A stretch of 64,000 bases of DNA from the NCBI GenBank assembly GCA_016927425.1, contig JAFGMR010000073.1:14234-78233 (forward strand), read 5' to 3'. The notes below the pieces were generated by a model. The model was not told the origin of the DNA. It was given only the letters and a program-made list of their open reading frames with translations, and made no database searches. This DNA is from Methanotrichaceae archaeon (GTDB taxonomy: Archaea > Halobacteriota > Methanosarcinia > Methanotrichales > Methanotrichaceae). This document shows, piece by piece, positions 28,329-36,378 of the stretch. The stretch's first letter is position 1. Each line of letters starts with the position of its first letter. The position numbers were made by a program, and so were the translations under genes.

Positions 28329-28406
28329 TGGTGGGGTTGCTGAGATTCGAACTCAGGTCACAGCGTCCCGAACGCTGAAGGATGGACCAGGCTACCCTAC
28401 AACCCC
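28329..28406 (-). tRNA. tRNA-Pro (anticodon CGG), with genomically encoded CCA
   Basis: The minus strand reads GGGGTTGTAGGGTAGCCTGGTCCATCCTTCAGCGTTCGGGACGCTGTGACCTGAGTTCGAATCTCAGCAACCCCACCA. The acceptor stem is 7 bp, the anticodon stem is CAGCG/CGCTG with loop TTCGGGA, and the T arm is CTGAG-TTCGAAT-CTCAG. Confidence 0.85.
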
Positions 28407-28410
28407 CTCC

Positions 28411-28596
28411 CTACTGGTATCGCCGAAGCACGTCCACTATCTCCACGTGGGCAAGAAGCATGCGCCGGCAACAGTATCGCTCGATCCCCAGGTCATCCAT
28501 GACCTTTCCAGGAGGCTCTGAGACGATGCGTTCCTTGTACTCCTCCCAGACGTTGGAGATCACCTTGCCACAGGAAAAGCATCTGACAGGGATCAA
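28411..28596 (-). CDS. rpoN: DNA-directed RNA polymerase subunit N (Rpo10)
   Basis: TTG at 28596 gives (M)[19 protein letters not shown]...YCCRRMLL. Lies 7 nt after the rps9 stop. Confidence 0.85.
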   Translation of the reverse strand: MIPVRCFSCGKVISNVWEEYKERIVSEPPGKVMDDLGIERYCCRRMLLAHVEIVDVLRRYQ

Positions 28597-28603
28597 ACTT
28601 GCC

Positions 28604-29002
28604 TCACCTGTAGGATTTCTGGTACTTTGCCCTTGCACCAGGTCCGCCGAACTTCTTCTTCTCCTTCTGCCGATGGTCGCTTACCAGGAGGTTGCGATCG
28701 TACTCGGAGTAGGCCTCCTTGAGGGATGTATCGCCAGTCCACTCGACAATACCCCGGGCGATGGCCGTGCGCACTGCGTCCGCCTGGCCCATTACCCCGC
28801 CCCCCTTCACTTTCACATTGATGTCCAAGCCGGCCAGGGCATCCCCGGCCATTGTTATGGGCTCCATAATCTTAAGCTTCGCCAACCTGGGCGTCATGAT
28901 CTCGAGCGGCGCCTTGTTAATGCGTACCCTGCCAGCGCCCTCGGTTAGCGTTGCCCTTGCAATGGCCGCCTTCTTCTTTCCTGATGAGTTTATTATCTTC
29001 AT
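28604..29002 (-). CDS. rps9: 30S ribosomal protein S9 (uS9)
   Basis: [10 protein letters not shown] start, [18 protein letters not shown], and a C-terminal ...KYQKSYR. Confidence 0.9.
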   Translation of the reverse strand: MKIINSSGKKKAAIARATLTEGAGRVRINKAPLEIMTPRLAKLKIMEPITMAGDALAGLDINVKVKGGGVMGQADAVRTAIARGIVEWTGDTSLKEAYSEYDRNLLVSDHRQKEKKKFGGPGARAKYQKSYR

Positions 29003-29012
29003 GACGACCCAC

Positions 29013-29429
29013 CTAGAAGTTCGATCCCAGCCTCCGGCTCAGCTCTCCAAGCTCGATATACCTGCCCCTGCCAACGTCCCTCGCCCTCGCCCCAGCAGGC
29101 TGCTCGAACGACTCGCCAGCAAGCTCTGGGGGAACGCCTACATAGACCCGCAATCGAGAGAAGGCTTCGCGTCCCCGCTTGGATTTGTACGGGAGCATGC
29201 CCCGCACCGTCCGCTTGAGGATCCGCTCCGGGTGCTTGGGGAAGTGAGGGCCCTTCTCCTTTGTACCCTTCTTCATCATATCGCTGTACTCGCGGAATGT
29301 GCTCACCTTGTTGCCGGAGATGATGGCCTTCTCCGCATTTACAATCTTAACATCCTCGCCCTTGAGCAAATAGGAGACCGCAACGCTTGCGAGCCGCCCC
29401 ATGACCAATCCAGAAGCATCTACGATCAA
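29013..29429 (-). CDS. rpl13: 50S ribosomal protein L13 (uL13)
   Basis: [14 protein letters not shown] start, ...RTVRGMLP... 138 aa. Confidence 0.9.
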   Translation of the reverse strand: MIVDASGLVMGRLASVAVSYLLKGEDVKIVNAEKAIISGNKVSTFREYSDMMKKGTKEKGPHFPKHPERILKRTVRGMLPYKSKRGREAFSRLRVYVGVPPELAGESFEQPAGARARDVGRGRYIELGELSRRLGSNF

Positions 29430-29433
29430 TGGA

Positions 29434-29796
29434 TCACCTCAGAATTTTTATCTTGGAGCCGTTGGGATTCTGCGTCACCATCTCCTCGATCCGGAGACAT
29501 TTGCCGCCGGCCGACTCGATCTTGGATATGGCCTGCCCGCTAAAGCCGAGCGCGCCTACGATCACACTATGGCCGATCTCCCCGGTCCCCAGCACCTTGC
29601 CCGGAACCAGCACACGATCGTCTGAGTTGGTATACCTCTCGATCTTGGCTATGTTCACCGCGGCATAGCTTCGCCGGGGCTTCTCCAGCCTTTTGGCCAC
29701 ATCGCGCCAGATGGAAGATCCGCTCTCTCGCGACGCCGCCTTGAGCTCGCCGATGAGACCGGTCAACCTAGGATTAGTCTTCTTTAGATCCTTCAT
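29434..29796 (-). CDS. rpl18e: 50S ribosomal protein L18e
   Basis: ATG 29796 gives MKDLKKTNPRLTGLIGELKAASRESGSSIWRDVAKRLEKPRR..., typical L18e and about 120 aa. Confidence 0.85.
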   Translation of the reverse strand: MKDLKKTNPRLTGLIGELKAASRESGSSIWRDVAKRLEKPRRSYAAVNIAKIERYTNSDDRVLVPGKVLGTGEIGHSVIVGALGFSGQAISKIESAGGKCLRIEEMVTQNPNGSKIKILR

Positions 29797-30053
29797 CGAA
29801 ATCCTCCGCAGAGCCTCCCATCGATGGGAGACGGACTCACGCGCAGATTTGCGCGTTCGAACATGAGTTCTTGCGCCCCGGGGCATATCGCTGCCCACGT
29901 GCGGACCTTATGACGACTCATCCGCCACTATATAAGCGTTTTCACTTAGGGCTGGAGAATCGCCCCCCGAATGTCGATGACGCAAAACGATGATAATGGT
30001 TGCGAGCCACATTGTCCCACACCGGCGCAATTGGAGGTCGTCCGGGGGTGGCC

Positions 30054-31310
30054 ATGCTCGAATGCATCATCTATATTGCCATAGGGTTCCTGCTCGGGGC
30101 GATCAGCGGCCTGACGCCGGGGCTGCACATCAACACGTTCGCAGCCATTCTTCTCGCGCTCTCCCCGAAGCTCCTCGATCTCGGTCTAGAGCCCCAGAAT
30201 CTCGCAGTGCTGATAGTCGCTTCGAGCATATCGCAGACATTTCTCGACATAATACCCGCGGTCTTCGTAGGCGCCCCGGACGCCGACACGTCCCTCGCCG
30301 TCCTGCCAGGCCATCAGCTGATGCTGGAAGGAAGGGGGATGGAAGCGATCCGCTTGTCAGCCCTTGGAAGCGCTGGCGCCGTGATAGTAGCACTTCTCGC
30401 GATCTATCCTCTTTCTACAATCATGGGCCGAGGCTATGAGCAGCTGATCGACCACATGGGGCTCATACTGGTGGGAATCGCCTGCCTGATGATCCTCTCC
30501 GAGGCAGGCCCGGCTGTCGAGGGGCGCGGCGCCTGGGCCGCATATAAGTACAAGGCCTTAGGCCTGCTCCTCTTCCTGACGAGCGGCCTTTTGGGCCTCT
30601 TTGCCTTCTCCAACCAGCACCTCTTGAGGTCCTACCTCGCTCTCGAGCCCACCCCCCTCCTGCCTTTGCTCAGCGGCCTCTTCGGCGCCTCCTTCCTCGT
30701 TGCAAGCCTTGCCTCGCAAACATCGATTTCGCCCCAGGAGGATAAAGGCTTTAGCATGAGCCCGGCGTCCCTGATGCGCTCGATGCTTATCGGCGGGCTT
30801 GCAGGATCAGTCGTCGCCTGGATCCCAGGGGTCTCGCCAGCGGTTGCAACGACTGTGGCAAGGCTTGGAGCGCCGAGATCGGCAGAAGAGTTCCTGGTGT
30901 CCCTCTCAGGCGTTAACACGGCAAACGCGATCCTCGCCTTAGTCGCACTCTATGTCGCCGGCAGGGCTCGCAGCGGAGCTGCTGCAGCGATTCAAGATCT
31001 AGTCGAGGTGGACCTCGATCTCCTCTCCCTATTGATCGTGGCGGGAGCAGTAACAGCGATCCTATCCTACGTAGCAACGCTTGCCGCAGGAGGGCTCGCC
31101 GCAGGGATTGTGGACCAGATCGACTACCAGGCCCTCTCGCTGGCGATCCTGGTCGGCCTCTCCCTCATGGCCCTTTTATTCACCGGCGTTCTGGGATGGC
31201 TGATCTTCCTGATCGCAACCGTAGTTGGCTTGATCGCCCCCTATGCCGGGATCAGGAAGACACATGCCATGGGGGCGCTGATGCTCCCTTTGATCGTTCA
31301 ATACCTCTGA
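30054..31310 (+). CDS. TctA/DUF112-type polytopic membrane protein
   Basis: MLECIIYIAIGFLLGAISGLTPGLHINT start, highly hydrophobic over about 418 aa. Family call from memory of the GxxxGxxPG(L/I) motif. Confidence 0.6.
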   Translation: MLECIIYIAIGFLLGAISGLTPGLHINTFAAILLALSPKLLDLGLEPQNLAVLIVASSISQTFLDIIPAVFVGAPDADTSLAVLPGHQLMLEGRGMEAIRLSALGSAGAVIVALLAIYPLSTIMGRGYEQLIDHMGLILVGIACLMILSEAGPAVEGRGAWAAYKYKALGLLLFLTSGLLGLFAFSNQHLLRSYLALEPTPLLPLLSGLFGASFLVASLASQTSISPQEDKGFSMSPASLMRSMLIGGLAGSVVAWIPGVSPAVATTVARLGAPRSAEEFLVSLSGVNTANAILALVALYVAGRARSGAAAAIQDLVEVDLDLLSLLIVAGAVTAILSYVATLAAGGLAAGIVDQIDYQALSLAILVGLSLMALLFTGVLGWLIFLIATVVGLIAPYAGIRKTHAMGALMLPLIVQYL

Positions 31311-31323
31311 ACTCCTGAGAGGA

Positions 31324-32295
31324 TCAACGAAATACGTTCCTGATCTGATCGAGCGAGAGGGCGGGAAGTCCCAATTGAGAGAGATGGGATGCGAGGAGGC
31401 CCGACCTTGGTCCCTGCGGATGATAGACTATCGCTGCCTCCGGGGAGACGTGCTCGAACATGCGCATCAACCCGCGAAAGTCCAGGTGATCGCTTATCAT
31501 TATGCGGTTGTATCGACCGTCCCTCCGCCCCGTCAAGATGTACTTGGGGCCGACCATCTGCGGCAAGATGGATGGTGCCACGACGGAGGGACCGGCCCCC
31601 CATTCCGATACGTCCACAAGCGGCCCGGCCTTGGGCAACAGCTCTTTTGTCAGGGCGAGGCTCTGGGGGTCCATGCCGATCGCCTCGGCGTAGCCCATCC
31701 CTCTCATCAGGGCAACAGCCCTCTGGGCCTTGCCAAAGGCATAGGCCCCAAAGGTTGCCCCCTCCTGGAGCGCCTCCCAAAAGCGGCCGAGATCATCCTC
31801 AAAGCAACAGTCTGGATCCCAAGGATCGCCGTAGTTGGCCTCGGCGACCAGGAGGTCGGCCCTTGGAAGCGAGGCATATTCCTTGAGATCGCCCGTTACG
31901 ACCACTCGGCTCCCTACATCGGTCTCCCAGGAGAATGCACATGATCCGATGGTGTGGCCGGTCGGATGGGTCTTGATAGCAACACCGCAGACGTCGATCT
32001 CTTCCCCCACATGGAACGTCCGGCCATTGAAGCGGCGGCCATGGCGTATCTCCAGGGCTCTTGCGGTCTCATGCGAGGCTATGGCGAGAGGCGAGAGCAT
32101 CGCCGACCGACCGTTGTGGTCGCTGTGAGCATGGGTGATCAAATAGGCCTCTGGTTGGATAGATCCCTTGGGGGAACGACTGGTATCTATCGAGAAAAGA
32201 TGTGCTCCAAACTGAAGGGAGAGATGAGGGGCCAAGCCGCCTCTGCCGTTTCTCCGGCGTAGAGGGACGACTCCAAGATCCAACATCTCCCTCAT
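31324..32295 (-). CDS. metallo-beta-lactamase-fold hydrolase
   Basis: YLITHAHSDHNG (the HxHxDH motif). ATG 32295 lies 7 nt after the thioredoxin stop. Confidence 0.7.
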   Translation of the reverse strand: MREMLDLGVVPLRRRNGRGGLAPHLSLQFGAHLFSIDTSRSPKGSIQPEAYLITHAHSDHNGRSAMLSPLAIASHETARALEIRHGRRFNGRTFHVGEEIDVCGVAIKTHPTGHTIGSCAFSWETDVGSRVVVTGDLKEYASLPRADLLVAEANYGDPWDPDCCFEDDLGRFWEALQEGATFGAYAFGKAQRAVALMRGMGYAEAIGMDPQSLALTKELLPKAGPLVDVSEWGAGPSVVAPSILPQMVGPKYILTGRRDGRYNRIMISDHLDFRGLMRMFEHVSPEAAIVYHPQGPRSGLLASHLSQLGLPALSLDQIRNVFR

Positions 32296-32302
32296 GGACC
32301 AG

Positions 32303-32575
32303 CTACTCCAGTGCCGGATCAAGGGCCGCCTTCAGCTCCTCCTTGGATGTGACCCCTAGCCATCGGCGGATCTCAACGCCATCCTTCTCGAGGATCAATG
32401 TGGGAACAACGAAGATTCCATACTTGGAAGCCATCTCCATCTCCCGATCCACGTTGACCGCCCGAATCTCCGCTCGACCATCGTACTCCTTCTCCAATGC
32501 CTGCATGACCGAAACCATGGTGCGACAAGGACCGCACCAATCCGCGGAGAAGTCCATGAGAATTGGCTTGCCCAA
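32303..32575 (-). CDS. trxA: thioredoxin
   Basis: DFSADWCGPCRTM active site. 90 aa. Confidence 0.85.
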   Translation of the reverse strand: MGKPILMDFSADWCGPCRTMVSVMQALEKEYDGRAEIRAVNVDREMEMASKYGIFVVPTLILEKDGVEIRRWLGVTSKEELKAALDPALE

Positions 32576-32673
32576 ACAATCACCTCAACGGGGATGAGAT
32601 GCTCCACCCCTCAGATCCCGCGCGCATAGGACGCTTCATCTCCCGTCGACCTCACATTATATCAAGCCCACGC

Positions 32674-33141
32674 CTATAGGAAATCGAACTTGACGCCGAT
32701 CTTGAAGAGATGCCTCGTCGAGAGGACAATCAAGGGCAGTCCGAGGCTCGATATCTCCTCCAAGATGACGGCCGCCCTCTCTTCCGGGGCCGAGAGGGTG
32801 AACCACATGTTATAGCCGCTTGGGCCGGGCCGAAGGTAGTTATGGGAGACCTCACGGAAGCTGTTGATCCTGGCCCCAACCGCGTCCAATCGATCGCTCG
32901 GCACGGCAATCGCTGCCAAGATCCCCTTATAGCCCAGCTGCCTCGTATCGATGATTGGGCCGATCTGTCTGATGGACCCGACCTCCTGCATCCAAGAGAT
33001 CCTTGCAATAGCCTCCTCCTCCGAGATCCCGAGCTTCTCGCCGATCTCCTGAAATGGCCTTGGCACCAGCGGAAATCCCTCCTGCACAAATGAGAGTATC
33101 CGCCGGTCGATATCGTCTAAAGTTACGTCCTGTATGGACAG
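32674..33141 (-). CDS. Lrp/AsnC-like siroheme decarboxylase subunit (AhbA/AhbB type); start unresolved
   Basis: LDDIDRRILSFVQEGFPLVPRPFQEIGEKLGISEEEAI...REVSHNY. The only canonical start, ATG 33222, overlaps the upstream gene by 100 nt. CTG 33141 follows GGAGGA by 6 nt. Confidence 0.65.
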   Translation of the reverse strand: MSIQDVTLDDIDRRILSFVQEGFPLVPRPFQEIGEKLGISEEEAIARISWMQEVGSIRQIGPIIDTRQLGYKGILAAIAVPSDRLDAVGARINSFREVSHNYLRPGPSGYNMWFTLSAPEERAAVILEEISSLGLPLIVLSTRHLFKIGVKFDFL

Positions 33142-34091
33142 AGTGGATCCTCCCCGAGAATATCGCCATTGACCGCATATGCCCGCGCGCGGCAGCCCCT
33201 GCAGATCCGTCCATAGTCGCATTCGCCGCAGCGCCCTGCCAAATCCGAGTGGCGCAAGCGCTCGAGAACCAAAGATGACTTCCAGATGCTTGCAAAGCTC
33301 TGCTCACGAATGCTGCCTGCCAGAACCGGAAGGTATCCACATGGATAGACCTCGCCGATGCTGGATAGGAAGACAAAACCGACGCCGGCAAGGCATCCGC
33401 CGCTTCCGCGCTTGGGGCGAATACCGGCCTCCCTGAGGACGCGCGCATACTGGGGCGCACATGTCACCTGGATCTCGATGAAGCGCCTCGACTGCTCGGT
33501 GCAGATGCGAGAGAGAAGCTCTCCTTGCACCTTTGGCGACACCATCTCGCCCTCCCGAGCCCGCCCTGTGGGGACGAGGAAGAATATGTGCATGGCAGAG
33601 GCTCCCACCTCCTCGGCCAAATCCATGATCGCCTCGACCTGGCCATAATTCCGCCGGGTTACCGTCATGTTGATCTGGAAGGCCAGGCGGTCGCGCATGA
33701 GAGCCATCCCAGCGAGGGCGGACGCGAAGGAGCCCTTCCCCCTACGGGCCTCGTGCTCGGCCTCGAGGCCGTCGAGGCTTACGCTAACCCTTTCGATTCC
33801 CGCGGTCACCATGGAGTCGACCGCCTCCGGAGTGACGAGGGTCCCGTTTGTGGCCAGGGATACCCTAAGGCCATGGCCGCTGATCCTTCTCGCAAGCTCG
33901 AATATATCCAAACGCAGCAGGGGCTCTCCACCGGAGAGGATGATCATCGGCGAAAGTGGCGCGACATCGTCTATGAAGGAGAGCGCCTCCGCCGTGCTCA
34001 GCTCATCGGCCGCCGGAGATGGGGTTGCCGAAGCTCGGCAGTAGTCGCAAGCCAGGTTGCAGGCGGAGGTGACCTCCCATGCGATGATCAT
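33123..34091 (-). CDS. radical SAM/SPASM protein of the alternative haem pathway (AhbC/AhbD type)
   Basis: EVTSACNLACDYC cluster motif at the N-terminus and a Cys-rich SPASM-like C-terminus (CGECDYGRICRGC). Adjacent to the AhbA/B-like gene. Confidence 0.7.
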   Translation of the reverse strand: MIIAWEVTSACNLACDYCRASATPSPAADELSTAEALSFIDDVAPLSPMIILSGGEPLLRLDIFELARRISGHGLRVSLATNGTLVTPEAVDSMVTAGIERVSVSLDGLEAEHEARRGKGSFASALAGMALMRDRLAFQINMTVTRRNYGQVEAIMDLAEEVGASAMHIFFLVPTGRAREGEMVSPKVQGELLSRICTEQSRRFIEIQVTCAPQYARVLREAGIRPKRGSGGCLAGVGFVFLSSIGEVYPCGYLPVLAGSIREQSFASIWKSSLVLERLRHSDLAGRCGECDYGRICRGCRARAYAVNGDILGEDPLCPYRT

Positions 34092-34092
34092 C

Positions 34093-35121
34093 TCAAAGCA
34101 GACCTACCTTGCGGAAGAGCTCGGCGTTGAGGATGCTCGCCCCAGCAGCGCCACGAACGGTGTTGTGGCCCATGCATATGTAGCGGATGCCGGACCTTAT
34201 CCGGCCTACCGAGATCGACATACCCCGCCCGGCCTGGCGATCGAGCCTCGGCTGGGGCCGATCTGGCTCATCCCTGACGATGATAGCCCTCTCGGGCTCG
34301 GTCGGCAGGTCGCTGAGCTGGGGGTCGAAGTCGAGGAAAGCCTGGCGAACTTCCTCAGGAGTGGGATCGTCCCTGAGTGTTATCCAGATCGCCTCGGTGT
34401 GGCCGTCCATCACAGGAACACGATGGCAGCTTGCGCTCACCTCGAAATCCGCGGGCACGATCCGCCCACCCTCATACGTCCCGAGGATCTTCTGGGCCTC
34501 GCGCTCCACCTTCTCCTCCTCGCCCGAGATGAACGGAATGACGTTGTCCATTATGGCCATCGATGGTATGCCGTCGTAGCCGGCGCCTGATATGGCCTGC
34601 ATCGAAGATAAAATGACCTTCTCGATGCCGAACTTCACAAGGGGCTTGAGCGACAAGGCGAACATTATGGTCGTGCAGTTGGGGTTCGTAGTGAGGAATC
34701 CATCCCAACCATGATTCTCCCTCTGGACCTTGATGATCTCAAGGTGCTCCTTGTTGCACTCCGGGATCAACAGGGGCACATCCTCGACCATGCGGTACGA
34801 GCTGGTGTTGGAGGCGACGGCAAATCCGGCAGCGGCAAAATCAGCCTCCACCTTGATCGCCTCCTCCGCCGGCAGGGCGGAGAAGACCACGTCCGCCTCC
34901 ACCTCATCGGGGTCGACGTTCACCACGGTCATCTCGCCGATATCCTTGGGAAGCTCGCTCTCCAGGCGCCACTTGGCAGCTATCGAGTACTTCTTCCCCG
35001 CGCTCCTCTCGGAGGCTGCAATGCTTGAGAGCTCGAACCAGGGATGCTCCTTTAGCCCTTCGATGAACCGCTGTCCCACTGCACCGGTGGCACCGAGAAC
35101 GCCCGCTTTGATCTTAGCCAT
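34093..35121 (-). CDS. asd: aspartate-semialdehyde dehydrogenase
   Basis: KAGVLGATGAVGQRF start, NPNCTTI active-site Cys and ...SASCHRVPV... 342 aa. Confidence 0.9.
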   Translation of the reverse strand: MAKIKAGVLGATGAVGQRFIEGLKEHPWFELSSIAASERSAGKKYSIAAKWRLESELPKDIGEMTVVNVDPDEVEADVVFSALPAEEAIKVEADFAAAGFAVASNTSSYRMVEDVPLLIPECNKEHLEIIKVQRENHGWDGFLTTNPNCTTIMFALSLKPLVKFGIEKVILSSMQAISGAGYDGIPSMAIMDNVIPFISGEEEKVEREAQKILGTYEGGRIVPADFEVSASCHRVPVMDGHTEAIWITLRDDPTPEEVRQAFLDFDPQLSDLPTEPERAIIVRDEPDRPQPRLDRQAGRGMSISVGRIRSGIRYICMGHNTVRGAAGASILNAELFRKVGLL

Positions 35122-35239
35122 CGAGTATCACCTTGCGCGGCCATAGGGAGAGGGGCATATATATGTCTTCGCCGCCCGCGGCAGCGATAGGAGGATGATC
35201 GCCGTGTTTCCCGGATGCAAGCCCGCCGGATCAGCATGT

Positions 35240-35268
35240 GGCCACAATAGAGGGGGACGGCCACAATA
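35240..35268. repeat. two exact copies of GGCCACAATA, 19 nt apart, in the asd upstream region
   Basis: Read directly at 35240-35249 and 35259-35268. The second copy runs into AATATAT. Confidence 0.5.
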
Positions 35269-35415
35269 TATCCCGGGCGAATGCCAACCTTGAAAAATTT
35301 GCGGCCGCTCCTTGGGAGCGATCGACTGTCTTTTGGCAAGGGATCGCCCATTCAATTACGCAGCCGCGTCCCCGCAAGCGTGGGCATTCGTCCGGTGGTG
35401 CTACGCCGGCCACCG

Positions 35416-35979
35416 CTAATCACAGGCCTTATCGAGGATGGAGTAGCCCTTGGCGAACTCGCAATTAACCTCCACGACCTCGTCGTTGAACTCACACAGG
35501 CCGTCTGGCACAGGCCCGAGCGAGTCGGCCACCTCCTGCACATCGACCACCGCGCCGTGAGGGACGAATCGCCCCTCCTTGAGAACGACACCGATCACCA
35601 GAGCCCCATGGCCCACAAAACAGCGCTTTCCTAGGGTAGAGGCATGGACCACGGCGTTGAATCCGATGAAGCTCTCATCCCCGACCTTTAAGGGACCGTG
35701 CATAACAGCCCCATGCGCCACGCTCACACGGCGACCGAGCTCAATCGAGGATCCCTTCAGTCCGTGGAAGACGACGCCGTCTTGAACGTTGCACTCGTCG
35801 CCGATTATTATCGGCGTGGCCTCATCCGCCCGCAAAGAGACGCCGGGCGCGACATAGACGCCTCCGCCTATGCGCACGTCGCCGATCACCGTTGCAGAAT
35901 CGTCCACATATGCGGTCTTTGCAACCGTAGGCATTGACTCGAGGCTGTTCCACGATGTCCTGGTGTTCCTCTTCAGCAT
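35416..35979 (-). CDS. cam: gamma-class carbonic anhydrase (Cam-like left-handed beta-helix)
   Basis: SLRADEATPIIIGDECNVQDGVVFHGL...VAHGAVMHGP...GFNAVV... parallels Methanosarcina Cam as I remember it, with the Zn-ligand His residues in place. No obvious signal peptide. Confidence 0.8.
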   Translation of the reverse strand: MLKRNTRTSWNSLESMPTVAKTAYVDDSATVIGDVRIGGGVYVAPGVSLRADEATPIIIGDECNVQDGVVFHGLKGSSIELGRRVSVAHGAVMHGPLKVGDESFIGFNAVVHASTLGKRCFVGHGALVIGVVLKEGRFVPHGAVVDVQEVADSLGPVPDGLCEFNDEVVEVNCEFAKGYSILDKACD

Positions 35980-36378
35980 TTCAACTCACCTTAGAGAAAT
36001 ATGAGATCCCACCTAAAAGAGATTTCCATCATAGATAGTGGCCGTATCACCCATGATCTAATGATCGTTTGCGCAGAACTATCGACGATATCATGGGGGC
36101 GAGGCGAGAAAGGGAGATCGGACAGGTATATAATGAAATACTCTGGTGAAATGGGGGTTGCGATCTACCATGCTTATATAATGGATGAATTTGATAATTG
36201 GCGCCACTCTTAAATAGAGGTTAAAACAAATTTAGGCCAGTCTATCGGATATTGTTTTGGCAGCGATATCTGGGGTAAAGGAGGGTTTCGCGAAGGAAGA
36301 TCTACTGCACCGGTGAGGTTCAGAATAGTGGTGAGTGTAAGGAATTTGTATAACAAATATAAAGGAGATATAATACTT

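Noticed and set aside
29841-29856. Small palindrome CGCGCA-GATT-TGCGCG upstream of rpl18e
   Set aside because: A 6-bp GC palindrome is common in this composition, and nothing supports a function.
36001-36213. 70-aa ORF in the AT-rich cam/MFS intergenic region
   Set aside because: It has no SD-like motif and odd composition, and it lies in what is most simply a divergent promoter region.
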